Below are positions 8,757-18,109 of a stretch of 64,000 nt of DNA, in pieces. The number at the start of each line of letters is the position of its first letter. Position 1 is the first letter of the stretch. The notes under the pieces were generated by a model that was not told the origin of the DNA, searched no databases, and saw nothing but the letters and a program-made list of their open reading frames with translations. The position numbers and the translations under genes are program-made. The stretch is from Candidatus Hydrogenedentota bacterium (GTDB taxonomy: Bacteria > Hydrogenedentota > Hydrogenedentia > Hydrogenedentales > Hydrogenedentaceae). The stretch spans positions 2,899 through 66,898 of the forward strand of contig JAOAHN010000072.1 in NCBI GenBank assembly GCA_026415215.1, given 5' to 3'.

Positions 8757-11648
8757 TCAAATACCCAATTTCTGTCTTTTTCTTATCAAATCTTCTACAT
8801 ATTTGCTACAATTTACCTCTTTCTCTTCTAATTCTGCGACTATATTTTTTTCATTCATTTCGCTGAAGGCTTTTTTTGCATCTTTTAAATGTTCTATGTA
8901 TTCATACCAGTAATAAGGCACATTCTTCCAATATTGGGCAGACATCTCTAAGTATTTTAGAGCCTCAAGAAGGTATTCTTTTTTCTTTTCATTACTTGGA
9001 CAATCATCCTTTACTCCTGTATACCACAGTGCCTTCCCATAGTTATAGTATGAATCACCGTGATAGGGATTTCTTCTAAGCGATTCTCTACTCCAGAGTA
9101 ACATCTTTTCCCTTGCTTCGTTTGTTAGATCCGGCTCATGAGCGTAAGACAAATGGATGTAGATAGACTTGTAATACTCTCCCAAGTAATTTGGCATATC
9201 ATCTTGTAGAGGAAATATTTTATCTATTCTTTCCAAAATTTCCCCATATTTGAAAAATCTCCGCTTCATAACTTGAATGAAATACCAAGGCTTTTTTACA
9301 AGCAAAATGCAATCTTCTGGGACAGGCTCACCCTCAGGTAATAAAATAGCTTTATTACTTCCATCCTTTTTAGGTACATATAAATCCCCGAAATCTTTTA
9401 ATCTATTCAAATCTACAAAAAAATACCTAAGAATCGTTCCGGAAATCTTGGGTTCTTTAGTTGTTTTACCAAGAGCAAAGTCTAATACCTCTGAAAAAAC
9501 AAAATTTATAGTTTTTATTACTAATTGTAATTCATGGTCTTTTCCAACATTTATAAAAGCCATTTTACTACGCACTAAGTCTCTAAAATATGGTGGAAAA
9601 ACTCCTATTGCAAAGAATATTAAAATTAATAGAAAAGTAGGTGTAATGTACTTGGATGTTATCCACAGAGATTCTTTCCTGTGTTCGGAGTTTGTTTTAA
9701 TAATATCTTCAAATTTTTCCTCTTCGCTTAAGAAAATACCTAACAGGACGACAAAATAAGTTACTAACGATGGATGAGAAAAATGTATATCCAGTCCAGC
9801 ATGAATTAGGAAAGCCAAAATCCCAATCCCTATGTAGAGTTTTTCAAAATTAATTTCATTTTTATTTGTAAACGCCTTTAATATTTTCATCAACACCAAT
9901 AGAATGAAAACGATAAATAATCCTCCGCCTAATATACCCGTTTCGCATAACATCTGCAAATAACCATTATGACACTCCTTTACATCTCCTGCTCCCAGAT
10001 ACTGATATTTGGGATATGCTAATCCGTAATTTCCAAGTCCTACTCCAGTTAAAAAGTTGTAGAAAAACATTGATAAGCCAACTTTCCAATAACTCCATCT
10101 TAATCTAAATGAAGACGGATCTCTTAGGTGGTTCCAGGTTACCTCCAATCCCTCTTCCAAAATCTGAGTGGATGGCATGGTATCTGATAAGTTAGCGGTT
10201 TTATTATCTCTCCTAATTTGTTCTTCAAAGTTGGACTGGGCTTTTGCTGTGCCAAATAAAATTAAGAGTATGGCTATGAAGCAAAGGGGAAAAAGTAACA
10301 CTATTTTTGGAGCTATACTAAAGTTATATTTTTTTATGGTAGTGATAATTCTCACTACAATAAATGCCATTACCGAAAGCATAATTGATAGCCAAGCACC
10401 CCTCGAGTAAGTCAACCATAAGGAAGAAGCTCCAAAGAAAAAACACATTCCTAAAATGGTAATTCTGATAAAAGATTTGCCTAAGTCATAGCCTTTTGTT
10501 ATAGAAATCCATGCAAAAACACCTGCAGGTAAAATAGCCAATAATATGCTAATTGCACCTGCAAGGATAAAGTCGATATCGCTTTTTATTTCCAGTGCAT
10601 ATGTTAGCGGGAACAGTTGAGTAATGAATAAAATCATAACTGCGGTTAACCACAAACCACCAGCTAAAAATATAACTTTTTTTTCCTTGCTTTTTTCCAA
10701 AGGAATTTTTTTATACTTGAAGGTCTCAAAGAAGTACTTAAGTTCACCTACGAGTTTTGAAAGGCACAGTGGGAGTATCAAAATGATAAACCCAGCGAGA
10801 GCATTTGGAAAAAGCATGGTTCCAAATGCCCTATTCATATTGAACCTGTATATAAGTTCCCTTGAGAGTTCAACTGTCCCAAAAAACTTAATACGAAGTG
10901 AGGGGTCTAACATTAAACTCTTTCTCAAGAACGGAAGTACATAATGGTAATGTAGAAAAGCGTACCAGGTTTGAAGTCCTAAAGTAATTAGAAGAGCCCA
11001 AACGAGAGTCTTTGATGACCAATTATTTTTAGCAATATTGTAGATGACTATAAGCAGTACAGTATATGAAATCCATAGCATTGCCGTCCTATAACTTCTT
11101 CCCACTTGATAAGAAAAAGGTAAGAGTAGCACTGATACAACCACAAAAATAGCAATCACAATTAAAATAGGATTATATTTTAGAGACTCTCTTCTTATAT
11201 ATGTATTAGTTACAAAAAAACATCCTACAATTGTAGCTCCCCACATAAAATATGCATTATCAGTTGGATAGGTGTAACCATCTAACCAACATCTCAGTAG
11301 ACAGAGTAAAGAAATGCTGATACAAGGATGGATGAGAGATAAACCTGTAATAAGCCATAGTCCTAACACTACTACCCCTATATCCAGGCTTCCAGGAGAG
11401 TATCTAATGTTAATATAATCGTAAAAGTAAGAGAGAATGAAGGGCTTTATCTGCTCTAAAATACCTAATTGCATTAGAATCAAAATAAAAAGTGCGCCTC
11501 CAAAAACTATAGCGATTTTCAGTAAGGTTTTTTTGAGTATCTTCTCTCCGAATAAGGGAAATGGTATTTCTGAGGTTTGTATCTCGGTTATTAATTTTGA
11601 GTGATCATCATCTGATTTTCTATTTTTTTTATTACTCCTGCGCGCCAT
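8757..11648 (-). CDS. Large O-antigen ligase / O-oligosaccharyltransferase-like (Wzy_C) membrane protein with C-terminal soluble TPR-like domain
   Basis: RAFGT..FPNALAG, TYSRGAW, R...W...GVGLGNY and HNGYLQMLCETG motifs; many TM segments; helical C-terminus (NPYHGDSYYNYGKAL). Confidence 0.8.
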   Translation of the reverse strand: MARRSNKKNRKSDDDHSKLITEIQTSEIPFPLFGEKILKKTLLKIAIVFGGALFILILMQLGILEQIKPFILSYFYDYINIRYSPGSLDIGVVVLGLWLITGLSLIHPCISISLLCLLRCWLDGYTYPTDNAYFMWGATIVGCFFVTNTYIRRESLKYNPILIVIAIFVVVSVLLLPFSYQVGRSYRTAMLWISYTVLLIVIYNIAKNNWSSKTLVWALLITLGLQTWYAFLHYHYVLPFLRKSLMLDPSLRIKFFGTVELSRELIYRFNMNRAFGTMLFPNALAGFIILILPLCLSKLVGELKYFFETFKYKKIPLEKSKEKKVIFLAGGLWLTAVMILFITQLFPLTYALEIKSDIDFILAGAISILLAILPAGVFAWISITKGYDLGKSFIRITILGMCFFFGASSLWLTYSRGAWLSIMLSVMAFIVVRIITTIKKYNFSIAPKIVLLFPLCFIAILLILFGTAKAQSNFEEQIRRDNKTANLSDTMPSTQILEEGLEVTWNHLRDPSSFRLRWSYWKVGLSMFFYNFLTGVGLGNYGLAYPKYQYLGAGDVKECHNGYLQMLCETGILGGGLFIVFILLVLMKILKAFTNKNEINFEKLYIGIGILAFLIHAGLDIHFSHPSLVTYFVVLLGIFLSEEEKFEDIIKTNSEHRKESLWITSKYITPTFLLILIFFAIGVFPPYFRDLVRSKMAFINVGKDHELQLVIKTINFVFSEVLDFALGKTTKEPKISGTILRYFFVDLNRLKDFGDLYVPKKDGSNKAILLPEGEPVPEDCILLVKKPWYFIQVMKRRFFKYGEILERIDKIFPLQDDMPNYLGEYYKSIYIHLSYAHEPDLTNEAREKMLLWSRESLRRNPYHGDSYYNYGKALWYTGVKDDCPSNEKKKEYLLEALKYLEMSAQYWKNVPYYWYEYIEHLKDAKKAFSEMNEKNIVAELEEKEVNCSKYVEDLIRKRQKLGI

Positions 11649-12771
11649 TTTTCCCTCTGTTAGCGTTCGTCATATTACCATTTTGAAGTACTCCCTTAGG
11701 AGCATTCATAAGTAGAACTATTAAAATGTAAATACCTAAAACTTGAATGAGTACAAGACCGCTTTGATAGAAATTTAACATAGGTAAAAACCAAGCACTG
11801 ATACCAACTATTATCCCTACTAACCATATAAATTCAACTGCTTGCTTGGGTGTCATTCCCAAGTCTACGAGTCTGTGTGAGAAATGTCTCTTGTCTCCAA
11901 CGAATATGGAGTGTCCACTTCTCCATCTAAGGTAAATAACACTAAAGGTATCAAATAGTGGAACACTTAGTATAACTACTGGCGCGAGTATAGCCACTCT
12001 TGAGGGTGTGCCTTCTAAGTGGTATGTTCCAATCACAGATATTGTTGAAAGAAAATATCCGCAGAACAGACTTCCCGCATCTCCCATAAATACTCTTGCT
12101 GGATTTATATTATGGAACAAAAAACCACCCACCGCACCTGCAAAGACCATTAGTAAAAATCTAATAAAAAACTCATCATAGGGCTGAACACAAAAGAAAA
12201 ATGACATAGCACAGATAAAGGAAATGCCTCCACAAAGTCCATCCATGTTATCAAGTAGATTGAGTGAGTTTGTAATTAGGACTATCCATCCCACCGTGAT
12301 GATGTAAGAAATAATCCAATGAGAGAGAAAGAACATTTCTATCTTAATCCCGCAAAATACCACAAGTGAGGCGGATAAAATCTGCCCCAATAGTTTAGTC
12401 CATGCGCCAAGGGTGAAGATATCATCTATGAGCCCAAGAAGAAAGATTATTCCACCACCAATAGAAACCCCTATAATCTTCTTAAAAGACCCCTGACCAA
12501 GAAAATCAACTGGGGAAGTCCCTCCTATCATTTCTCTGATAGTAGGAGAAATTTGGTATAGGAAAAAGAATAAAAGTATCAGAGCGTTGAAAGTAAGATA
12601 TATTCCCGCACCTCCAAGTAAGGGGGTAGGAGTTTTGTGAGACTTTCTTCCTTGAGGAACATCTAAAATATTGAACTTTAGAGCCAAGACTCTAAAGCCT
12701 TCCGTTAGGACTAAACTTAAGATAAATGAATTAAGCAAAGCAAAACCATATATAATGTATAGTGAATTCAT
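11632..12771 (-). CDS. Undecaprenyl-phosphate GlcNAc-1-phosphate transferase (WecA/TagO, MraY-like)
   Basis: RKSHKTPTPLLGG, GLIDD, NLLDNMDGL, FMGDAGS, DKRHFSHRL. Confidence 0.92.
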   Translation of the reverse strand: MNSLYIIYGFALLNSFILSLVLTEGFRVLALKFNILDVPQGRKSHKTPTPLLGGAGIYLTFNALILLFFFLYQISPTIREMIGGTSPVDFLGQGSFKKIIGVSIGGGIIFLLGLIDDIFTLGAWTKLLGQILSASLVVFCGIKIEMFFLSHWIISYIITVGWIVLITNSLNLLDNMDGLCGGISFICAMSFFFCVQPYDEFFIRFLLMVFAGAVGGFLFHNINPARVFMGDAGSLFCGYFLSTISVIGTYHLEGTPSRVAILAPVVILSVPLFDTFSVIYLRWRSGHSIFVGDKRHFSHRLVDLGMTPKQAVEFIWLVGIIVGISAWFLPMLNFYQSGLVLIQVLGIYILIVLLMNAPKGVLQNGNMTNANRGKNGAQE

Positions 12772-13871
12772 TGGTTCAAAGCCATCTTATATATTTCCAT
12801 CTCAAATTTGGAAGTCTTTTTTATATCAAACTCCCTTTGAACTCTCTCCTTAGCAATCTTACCCATTTCTTCCCTTATATCAGGATTTTTAATCAAAAAG
12901 TCTATGGCCTGAGCTAATTCCTTTGGGTTACCTGGTGTCACATTAATTCCTGTTATTCCATCTAAGTTTGCCCACTCTACGCCTGTGCCTAATTTAGTTG
13001 CTACTACTGGTTTCCCACAAGCATGTGCTTCTATTATAGAAATTCCAAACGCTTCGCTTCTCGCTATGGACGGGAAGACAAATAAAGCACATCCATAAAG
13101 ATAATATTTTAACTCATCATCTGGAAGAGAACCTACAAAAACTACATTTTTCAAACCTTCTTTTCTTTTCATATTTTCCAGTTTTTTTCTCTCGGGTCCA
13201 TCACCTCCAATTACTATAGGGATATCGATTTCCTTTGCACTTTCCAATAATATGTGAAGCCCCTTGTAATACCTATGGACACCACAAAAGAAGACAAATT
13301 CATCACTGTATTTATTTTTAACTTCTTTCACCTTCTGCTCATCCACCGCGGAAAAAAAGTCCACTTCGATTCCCAAAGGAACAACACGACATTTACTCTG
13401 AAATTCTCCAAGTAAATGAGAAGTTTGCTGATAAATTATACTTGTGGGTATTATAAACTTTGCTTCTCTCAATACTCGCTTAAAAAATGGCTTGTAAAGC
13501 ATCATAGGTATTCTTTGTCTCACTACATCACTGTGGTATCTAATAACATAAGGCACTTTCGATCTGTTTATCCAAACTGCAATTTCACCTATGGGATTAG
13601 GAGTATGAACCACAAAAATATCTGGTCGAAGTGTTTTGGAATAATACAAAAGCTGAGGAGAAATTGGTGCACTTAGGACTCTCATTACCTCCCCAGAGTA
13701 TATTACACGAATACCATCTATTTCTATTACTTTGGGACTCCATTTTTTACCACACACTAACACAGTAATTTCCGCCATCTCTTTTTGATACTTTGAAATT
13801 AGTGATAAATATTTCTCTATTCCCCCAACCACAGGTGGATAGAAATCTTTATATACATGACAAATGTGCAT
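12768..13871 (-). CDS. Glycosyltransferase family 4 (GT-B)
   Basis: HVYKDFYPPVVGGIE N-motif, YKG, EAFGISIIEA (Ex7E). Start placed at MHICH; track start at 13904 is a TTG. Confidence 0.93.
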   Translation of the reverse strand: MHICHVYKDFYPPVVGGIEKYLSLISKYQKEMAEITVLVCGKKWSPKVIEIDGIRVIYSGEVMRVLSAPISPQLLYYSKTLRPDIFVVHTPNPIGEIAVWINRSKVPYVIRYHSDVVRQRIPMMLYKPFFKRVLREAKFIIPTSIIYQQTSHLLGEFQSKCRVVPLGIEVDFFSAVDEQKVKEVKNKYSDEFVFFCGVHRYYKGLHILLESAKEIDIPIVIGGDGPERKKLENMKRKEGLKNVVFVGSLPDDELKYYLYGCALFVFPSIARSEAFGISIIEAHACGKPVVATKLGTGVEWANLDGITGINVTPGNPKELAQAIDFLIKNPDIREEMGKIAKERVQREFDIKKTSKFEMEIYKMALNQ

Positions 13872-13884
13872 ATCTCGGCACTTT

Positions 13885-15024
13885 TCAATTACTTCTATTA
13901 CCAAAAAATGGATTGGGATAAAATCTATATCTTTTTAGCTCTCCAGAAAGATATAACTTTACTGATGGTTGAAAAACCTGGTATAACTGACTACAATTGG
14001 CACATACTTCATTGAGTCTTCCTGAAATGTGTTGCCATCTTAAGTTTCTGTATCTTTTTGAAAGCCAAATATCTATGAAAGAATCTCTGTAGATGTTTCC
14101 CATATGAAGATGTTTGTAACCAAGAGCATAACAACAAGGCATAAAATCTCCGTTTGCAAGTATTGTTGGTCTTTCCCATAAATCGAGGCAAGTTAATATA
14201 CCCTCGAGAGGAGGTAGTGTTTTATCCAACCACTCAAAATCATGAGGGGGAACTATCTCAAATTCTTGTGATGAGAAAGAACGCATTATCGAAAGAATTT
14301 CTTTTTTCTCCTCCAAACTTAGTTTCGTAACACACTCATCAATAAGTCTTCTTCCATCTGGTGTTTTTTTTTGCTCTGGAATACCTTCAGTAATTAAATG
14401 TTGATAACATAACATCTCAGCACCGTGCTCTTTCAGAACCTTTGCCATATCAGGTATTTCTTCAATGGTGCTTCTAAAGAGTATGGCATGAACAGCAATA
14501 ATAGGGTACTTAGAGTTTTTCTCCCTTTTCACTTCTGCAAGCATTTTCATATTATTTAATACTCTCTCAAGGTCATAAGCCTTTCCTCCACGTCTTATCC
14601 ATTTGTATGTATTCGAACTAACAGTATCTAAAGATACTGCTATCTTGTTATGCTGGATTTCTACCAATTCTTCAGCTAAGTCACGGGTCAAAATGGTTAA
14701 ATTAGTATTGAAATATGTTTCTAAGTTTCTTTTTTTACAATGTCCTATTGCTTCTATTAAATTTCTATAGAGAAGTGGTTCTCCGAGCCCTTGAATATGA
14801 ACCCCCCTAAGAAATCCGTATTTATAAATCTCATCTACTATTTCCTTAAATCTTGTTATTTCAAGATCATGGTATTCTGTCATTTTCTCACAGCCATGAG
14901 GACACATTATACACTTAAGATTACACCTATTCGTCGGCTCTATTTGTAAAACCGTAGGATAAATTGTAGGATTAAATAAAGCCTTAATGATAGACCTCAT
15001 TCTTGCAGGTAAAAGGTACCACAT
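13885..15024 (-). CDS. Radical SAM protein with SPASM/twitch domain
   Basis: CNLKCIMC (CxxxCxxC), GLGEPLL, C-terminal C..LW...PCC...GNI...CANC. Confidence 0.92.
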   Translation of the reverse strand: MWYLLPARMRSIIKALFNPTIYPTVLQIEPTNRCNLKCIMCPHGCEKMTEYHDLEITRFKEIVDEIYKYGFLRGVHIQGLGEPLLYRNLIEAIGHCKKRNLETYFNTNLTILTRDLAEELVEIQHNKIAVSLDTVSSNTYKWIRRGGKAYDLERVLNNMKMLAEVKREKNSKYPIIAVHAILFRSTIEEIPDMAKVLKEHGAEMLCYQHLITEGIPEQKKTPDGRRLIDECVTKLSLEEKKEILSIMRSFSSQEFEIVPPHDFEWLDKTLPPLEGILTCLDLWERPTILANGDFMPCCYALGYKHLHMGNIYRDSFIDIWLSKRYRNLRWQHISGRLNEVCANCSQLYQVFQPSVKLYLSGELKRYRFYPNPFFGNRSN

Positions 15025-15096
15025 TTATATGCCTTTTTTGAGATTAATACAGAACAATTACATATAATATCAAAAAACTATTGAAATCTTTGGAGT

Positions 15097-16902
15097 GTGA
15101 GCTTGGGATTTATAGCTATTGAACTATTGCCATATAATATAAAATTTTTAGCTAAGAAAGGCGAAAATCTTCTTGAAATACTGAGAAAGAGTGGAGTTAA
15201 TTTGTCCTCCTCATGTGGTGGTCATGGAGTATGTGGAAAGTGCCTCGTAAAACTCTATGATTCGAATACATCAGAGTGGAAACTTGTAAATGCTTGCCAG
15301 GTGTCTGTAAATGAAAATGTAATTGTAGACTTATCACCTGCTACTATATTCTCTCTCTCCATAAATAATATAGGCACATTGAAAAAGGCTTACAATGTAG
15401 ATGGGACCTACAATTTAGAGCCAAATTTTAGAAAAAAAATTGTAAACTTATGTAAAAACATAGATTTTGATTATTTGTCTCAAATTTATAACTGCACTGA
15501 GTCTGAAAAAACTTCCTACAGATTTCTAAATAAACTATCTCATTCAGTTTTGAAAGACCAACTTTCAGGATGGGTTGTCTATAATTCCGAAAAATTAATA
15601 GATTGGTATTCTCTTGACACTACTACAACACTCGTTGGCTGTGCAATTGACATAGGGACTACAAATATCGCCATTGAAATTTTAAATTTAGAGACCGGGG
15701 AAACCTTATATCAAGGCTTTGATACAAATAGTCAAACAAGATTCGGCGACGATGTAATAAGCAGAATTTCCTATTCTTCTATCTCCGAAAAGAATCTTGA
15801 GGAATTAAAGAACTCTGTATTATCCACAGTTAACGGGTTAATAATTAAAGGGTTAAACACTCTCAGTATTAGCCCAGAATCAATTTATGAGATTGTATTA
15901 GCCGGAAATACTACTATGATTCATTTAATTTTAGGAATCTCCCCGAAATCGCTCGGAGAATTCCCCTTTCTTCCAATATTTACATCACCAATAACCCTTA
16001 AGACTTCAGATTTGGGAATAATAGCAAATTCTGATGCTGATATTTATATTCTTCCAGCAATCGGAAGTTTTGTAGGGGGTGACATCTCAGGGGGATTATT
16101 AGCATTAAATTTATTTGAGTGTGCTGAAAATTTTTTGTTTTTAGACCTTGGCACAAATGGGGAAATAGTTTTGGGGTGTAAAGGTAAATTTATAGCTACA
16201 TCTACTGCCACTGGTCCAGCATTTGAGGGCGGAAGAATCAGCTGTGGAATGCGTGCAGATGATGGAGCCATCGACCACATATTTCTATCGAATGAGGACA
16301 TCTCATTTTCAGTTATAGGTGATTCCATTCCCAAAGGAATCTGTGGTAGTGGAGTAATAGAACTTGTGTGTTTATTGCTCGAGTTGAAATTATTAGATCC
16401 AACTGGCAAATTTATGGTGAGTTCCGTCTCTCAAAGTATCCCCCAAAAAATCCTTGAGAGATTTAAGATAAAAAATGAGGAAGCTATATTTATAGTGTAT
16501 GAAGGTGGAGTAAATGATAGAGAAATCTTCCTATCTGCAAAAGACATAAGGCAGGTTCAACTGGCATGTGGAGCAATTAAATGCGGAGTTAAGATGTTAT
16601 TATCCTATGCAGGAATTTCATCTGCAGACCTCGACACAGTATACATAGCAGGAAATTTTGGAAATTACATACATCCTAAATATTTGTCAAGATTAGGTAT
16701 AGTTCCATCTACTATATTTCATGAAAAAATCCATATAGTAGGAAACACAAGTCTTTTGGGAGCAAAAATTGCTTTATTAGATATGAAAAAAAGAAAATTA
16801 GTTGAGAAAAGTGTTGGCTCTATTAAACACATTGATCTTGCAACTCTACCTAACTTTGAGGAAGAGTTTGCCTTTTCTATGTTCTTTCCAGATGCTCAGT
16901 AA
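15097..16902 (+). CDS. ASKHA-domain [2Fe-2S] reductive activator of corrinoid proteins (RACo/DUF4445 family)
   Basis: CGGHGVCGKC...AC ferredoxin domain; DIGTT, FGDDVISRI, FVGGD, DLGTNGE, GPAFEG, GICGSG, AGNFG. Confidence 0.92.
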   Translation: MSLGFIAIELLPYNIKFLAKKGENLLEILRKSGVNLSSSCGGHGVCGKCLVKLYDSNTSEWKLVNACQVSVNENVIVDLSPATIFSLSINNIGTLKKAYNVDGTYNLEPNFRKKIVNLCKNIDFDYLSQIYNCTESEKTSYRFLNKLSHSVLKDQLSGWVVYNSEKLIDWYSLDTTTTLVGCAIDIGTTNIAIEILNLETGETLYQGFDTNSQTRFGDDVISRISYSSISEKNLEELKNSVLSTVNGLIIKGLNTLSISPESIYEIVLAGNTTMIHLILGISPKSLGEFPFLPIFTSPITLKTSDLGIIANSDADIYILPAIGSFVGGDISGGLLALNLFECAENFLFLDLGTNGEIVLGCKGKFIATSTATGPAFEGGRISCGMRADDGAIDHIFLSNEDISFSVIGDSIPKGICGSGVIELVCLLLELKLLDPTGKFMVSSVSQSIPQKILERFKIKNEEAIFIVYEGGVNDREIFLSAKDIRQVQLACGAIKCGVKMLLSYAGISSADLDTVYIAGNFGNYIHPKYLSRLGIVPSTIFHEKIHIVGNTSLLGAKIALLDMKKRKLVEKSVGSIKHIDLATLPNFEEEFAFSMFFPDAQ

Positions 16903-18070
16903 ATTCAATAATTTTTTCTAATCCCTCTTTGAAGTCGGCGGAAACAGTCAAGAGACTAATAACTAAGAAGTTATCTTCTGGAAACCGAAAAGTTGATCCT
17001 GGATAGACATGGACCCCCATACTTTTTAGTAGTTTCACTGCAAATTGTTCGCTACCTATATTATGAGAATATCTTAAAATCAAGTACCACCCCCCTTCGG
17101 GCTTTAGTGTACTCAAAGTAGATGTATTTCCAAGCCTATTTAGTGCATATTCTAAGTTACTCGTCAGTCTTTCCATTATGCTCTCATTTATTTTACCCCT
17201 CATCTGAAACAAACTCTCTAAACCTACTTGCACAGGCGTATTCACCGATAGATATGTATCACAAATAATCTCTAATGCCTCACATATTTGAGTTCTAACT
17301 TTATTAGGTAAGAAGGCTAAAATCCACGCCAACTTTAGTTGGGGAAGTGCAAGCGTTTTAGATATACCATTGAGAGTAAAAACGGGCACACTGTCTGAAT
17401 GCAGAAGGGGAACAGGCTTTTCACTATTAAAAACAAATTCCCTAAAAACTTCATCTACTATCAAACAAAGACCGTTTTCTTCACAGAGCTTTATTAGGTT
17501 TTCCCCTTCTGCTTTGCTAAGAATTGTGCCCGTGGGATTATTAGGTTGGACAAAAAAGATACCTTTTGTGCGTGAGTCTAACCTTTGGTAAATACTTTCG
17601 ATATCTAATCTCCATTCACCCTTTGAGTTTAATTTTAGGCTGAAATCTTCAATCTCAACATTTTCCAATTTCGCTATAAAATCTAATAGAGGATAAGAAG
17701 GTGCAGGGACAAGTATTTTGTCTCCCGGATTGCAGATAAGCTTTAATAAATATGAATATCCCTCAGATGTCCCTGAAACTAAAAAAATATCCTCAGCAGA
17801 TACTTTGTATCCCTTTTCTGAGTAATATTTTGCTATTACTGCTCTTGCTGAGTATAGACCCTTAGGGTTAGGTCTGTATTCAAAGATTTGAGGAGATGTG
17901 ATAGCGTGAACTATCTCCTCTGTGAGATATTCTATTTTCGCTTGAGTAGGATTAGAGATAGTTAAGTCAATAATGTTTACTCCTTCCTCTAACAATTTGT
18001 TGTATGTAGTAGCAAGAATGTTTAACTCTCCCGAAAGTTCGTAACTTGAAAACTTATCGGATAAAAACAT
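16877..18070 (-). CDS. PLP-dependent class I/II aminotransferase
   Basis: DLTISNPT, PNNPTG, VDEVF, GISK (PLP lysine). Start placed at MFLS (18070). Confidence 0.9.
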   Translation of the reverse strand: MFLSDKFSSYELSGELNILATTYNKLLEEGVNIIDLTISNPTQAKIEYLTEEIVHAITSPQIFEYRPNPKGLYSARAVIAKYYSEKGYKVSAEDIFLVSGTSEGYSYLLKLICNPGDKILVPAPSYPLLDFIAKLENVEIEDFSLKLNSKGEWRLDIESIYQRLDSRTKGIFFVQPNNPTGTILSKAEGENLIKLCEENGLCLIVDEVFREFVFNSEKPVPLLHSDSVPVFTLNGISKTLALPQLKLAWILAFLPNKVRTQICEALEIICDTYLSVNTPVQVGLESLFQMRGKINESIMERLTSNLEYALNRLGNTSTLSTLKPEGGWYLILRYSHNIGSEQFAVKLLKSMGVHVYPGSTFRFPEDNFLVISLLTVSADFKEGLEKIIEFTEHLERT

Positions 18071-18109
18071 ATTTTTATCTCCAGAACCTGAAAAATTAAA
18101 GGACAAAAT

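Noticed and set aside
15025-15096. Cobalamin riboswitch before the corrinoid activator
   Set aside because: A 72-nt AT-rich gap with no B12-box.
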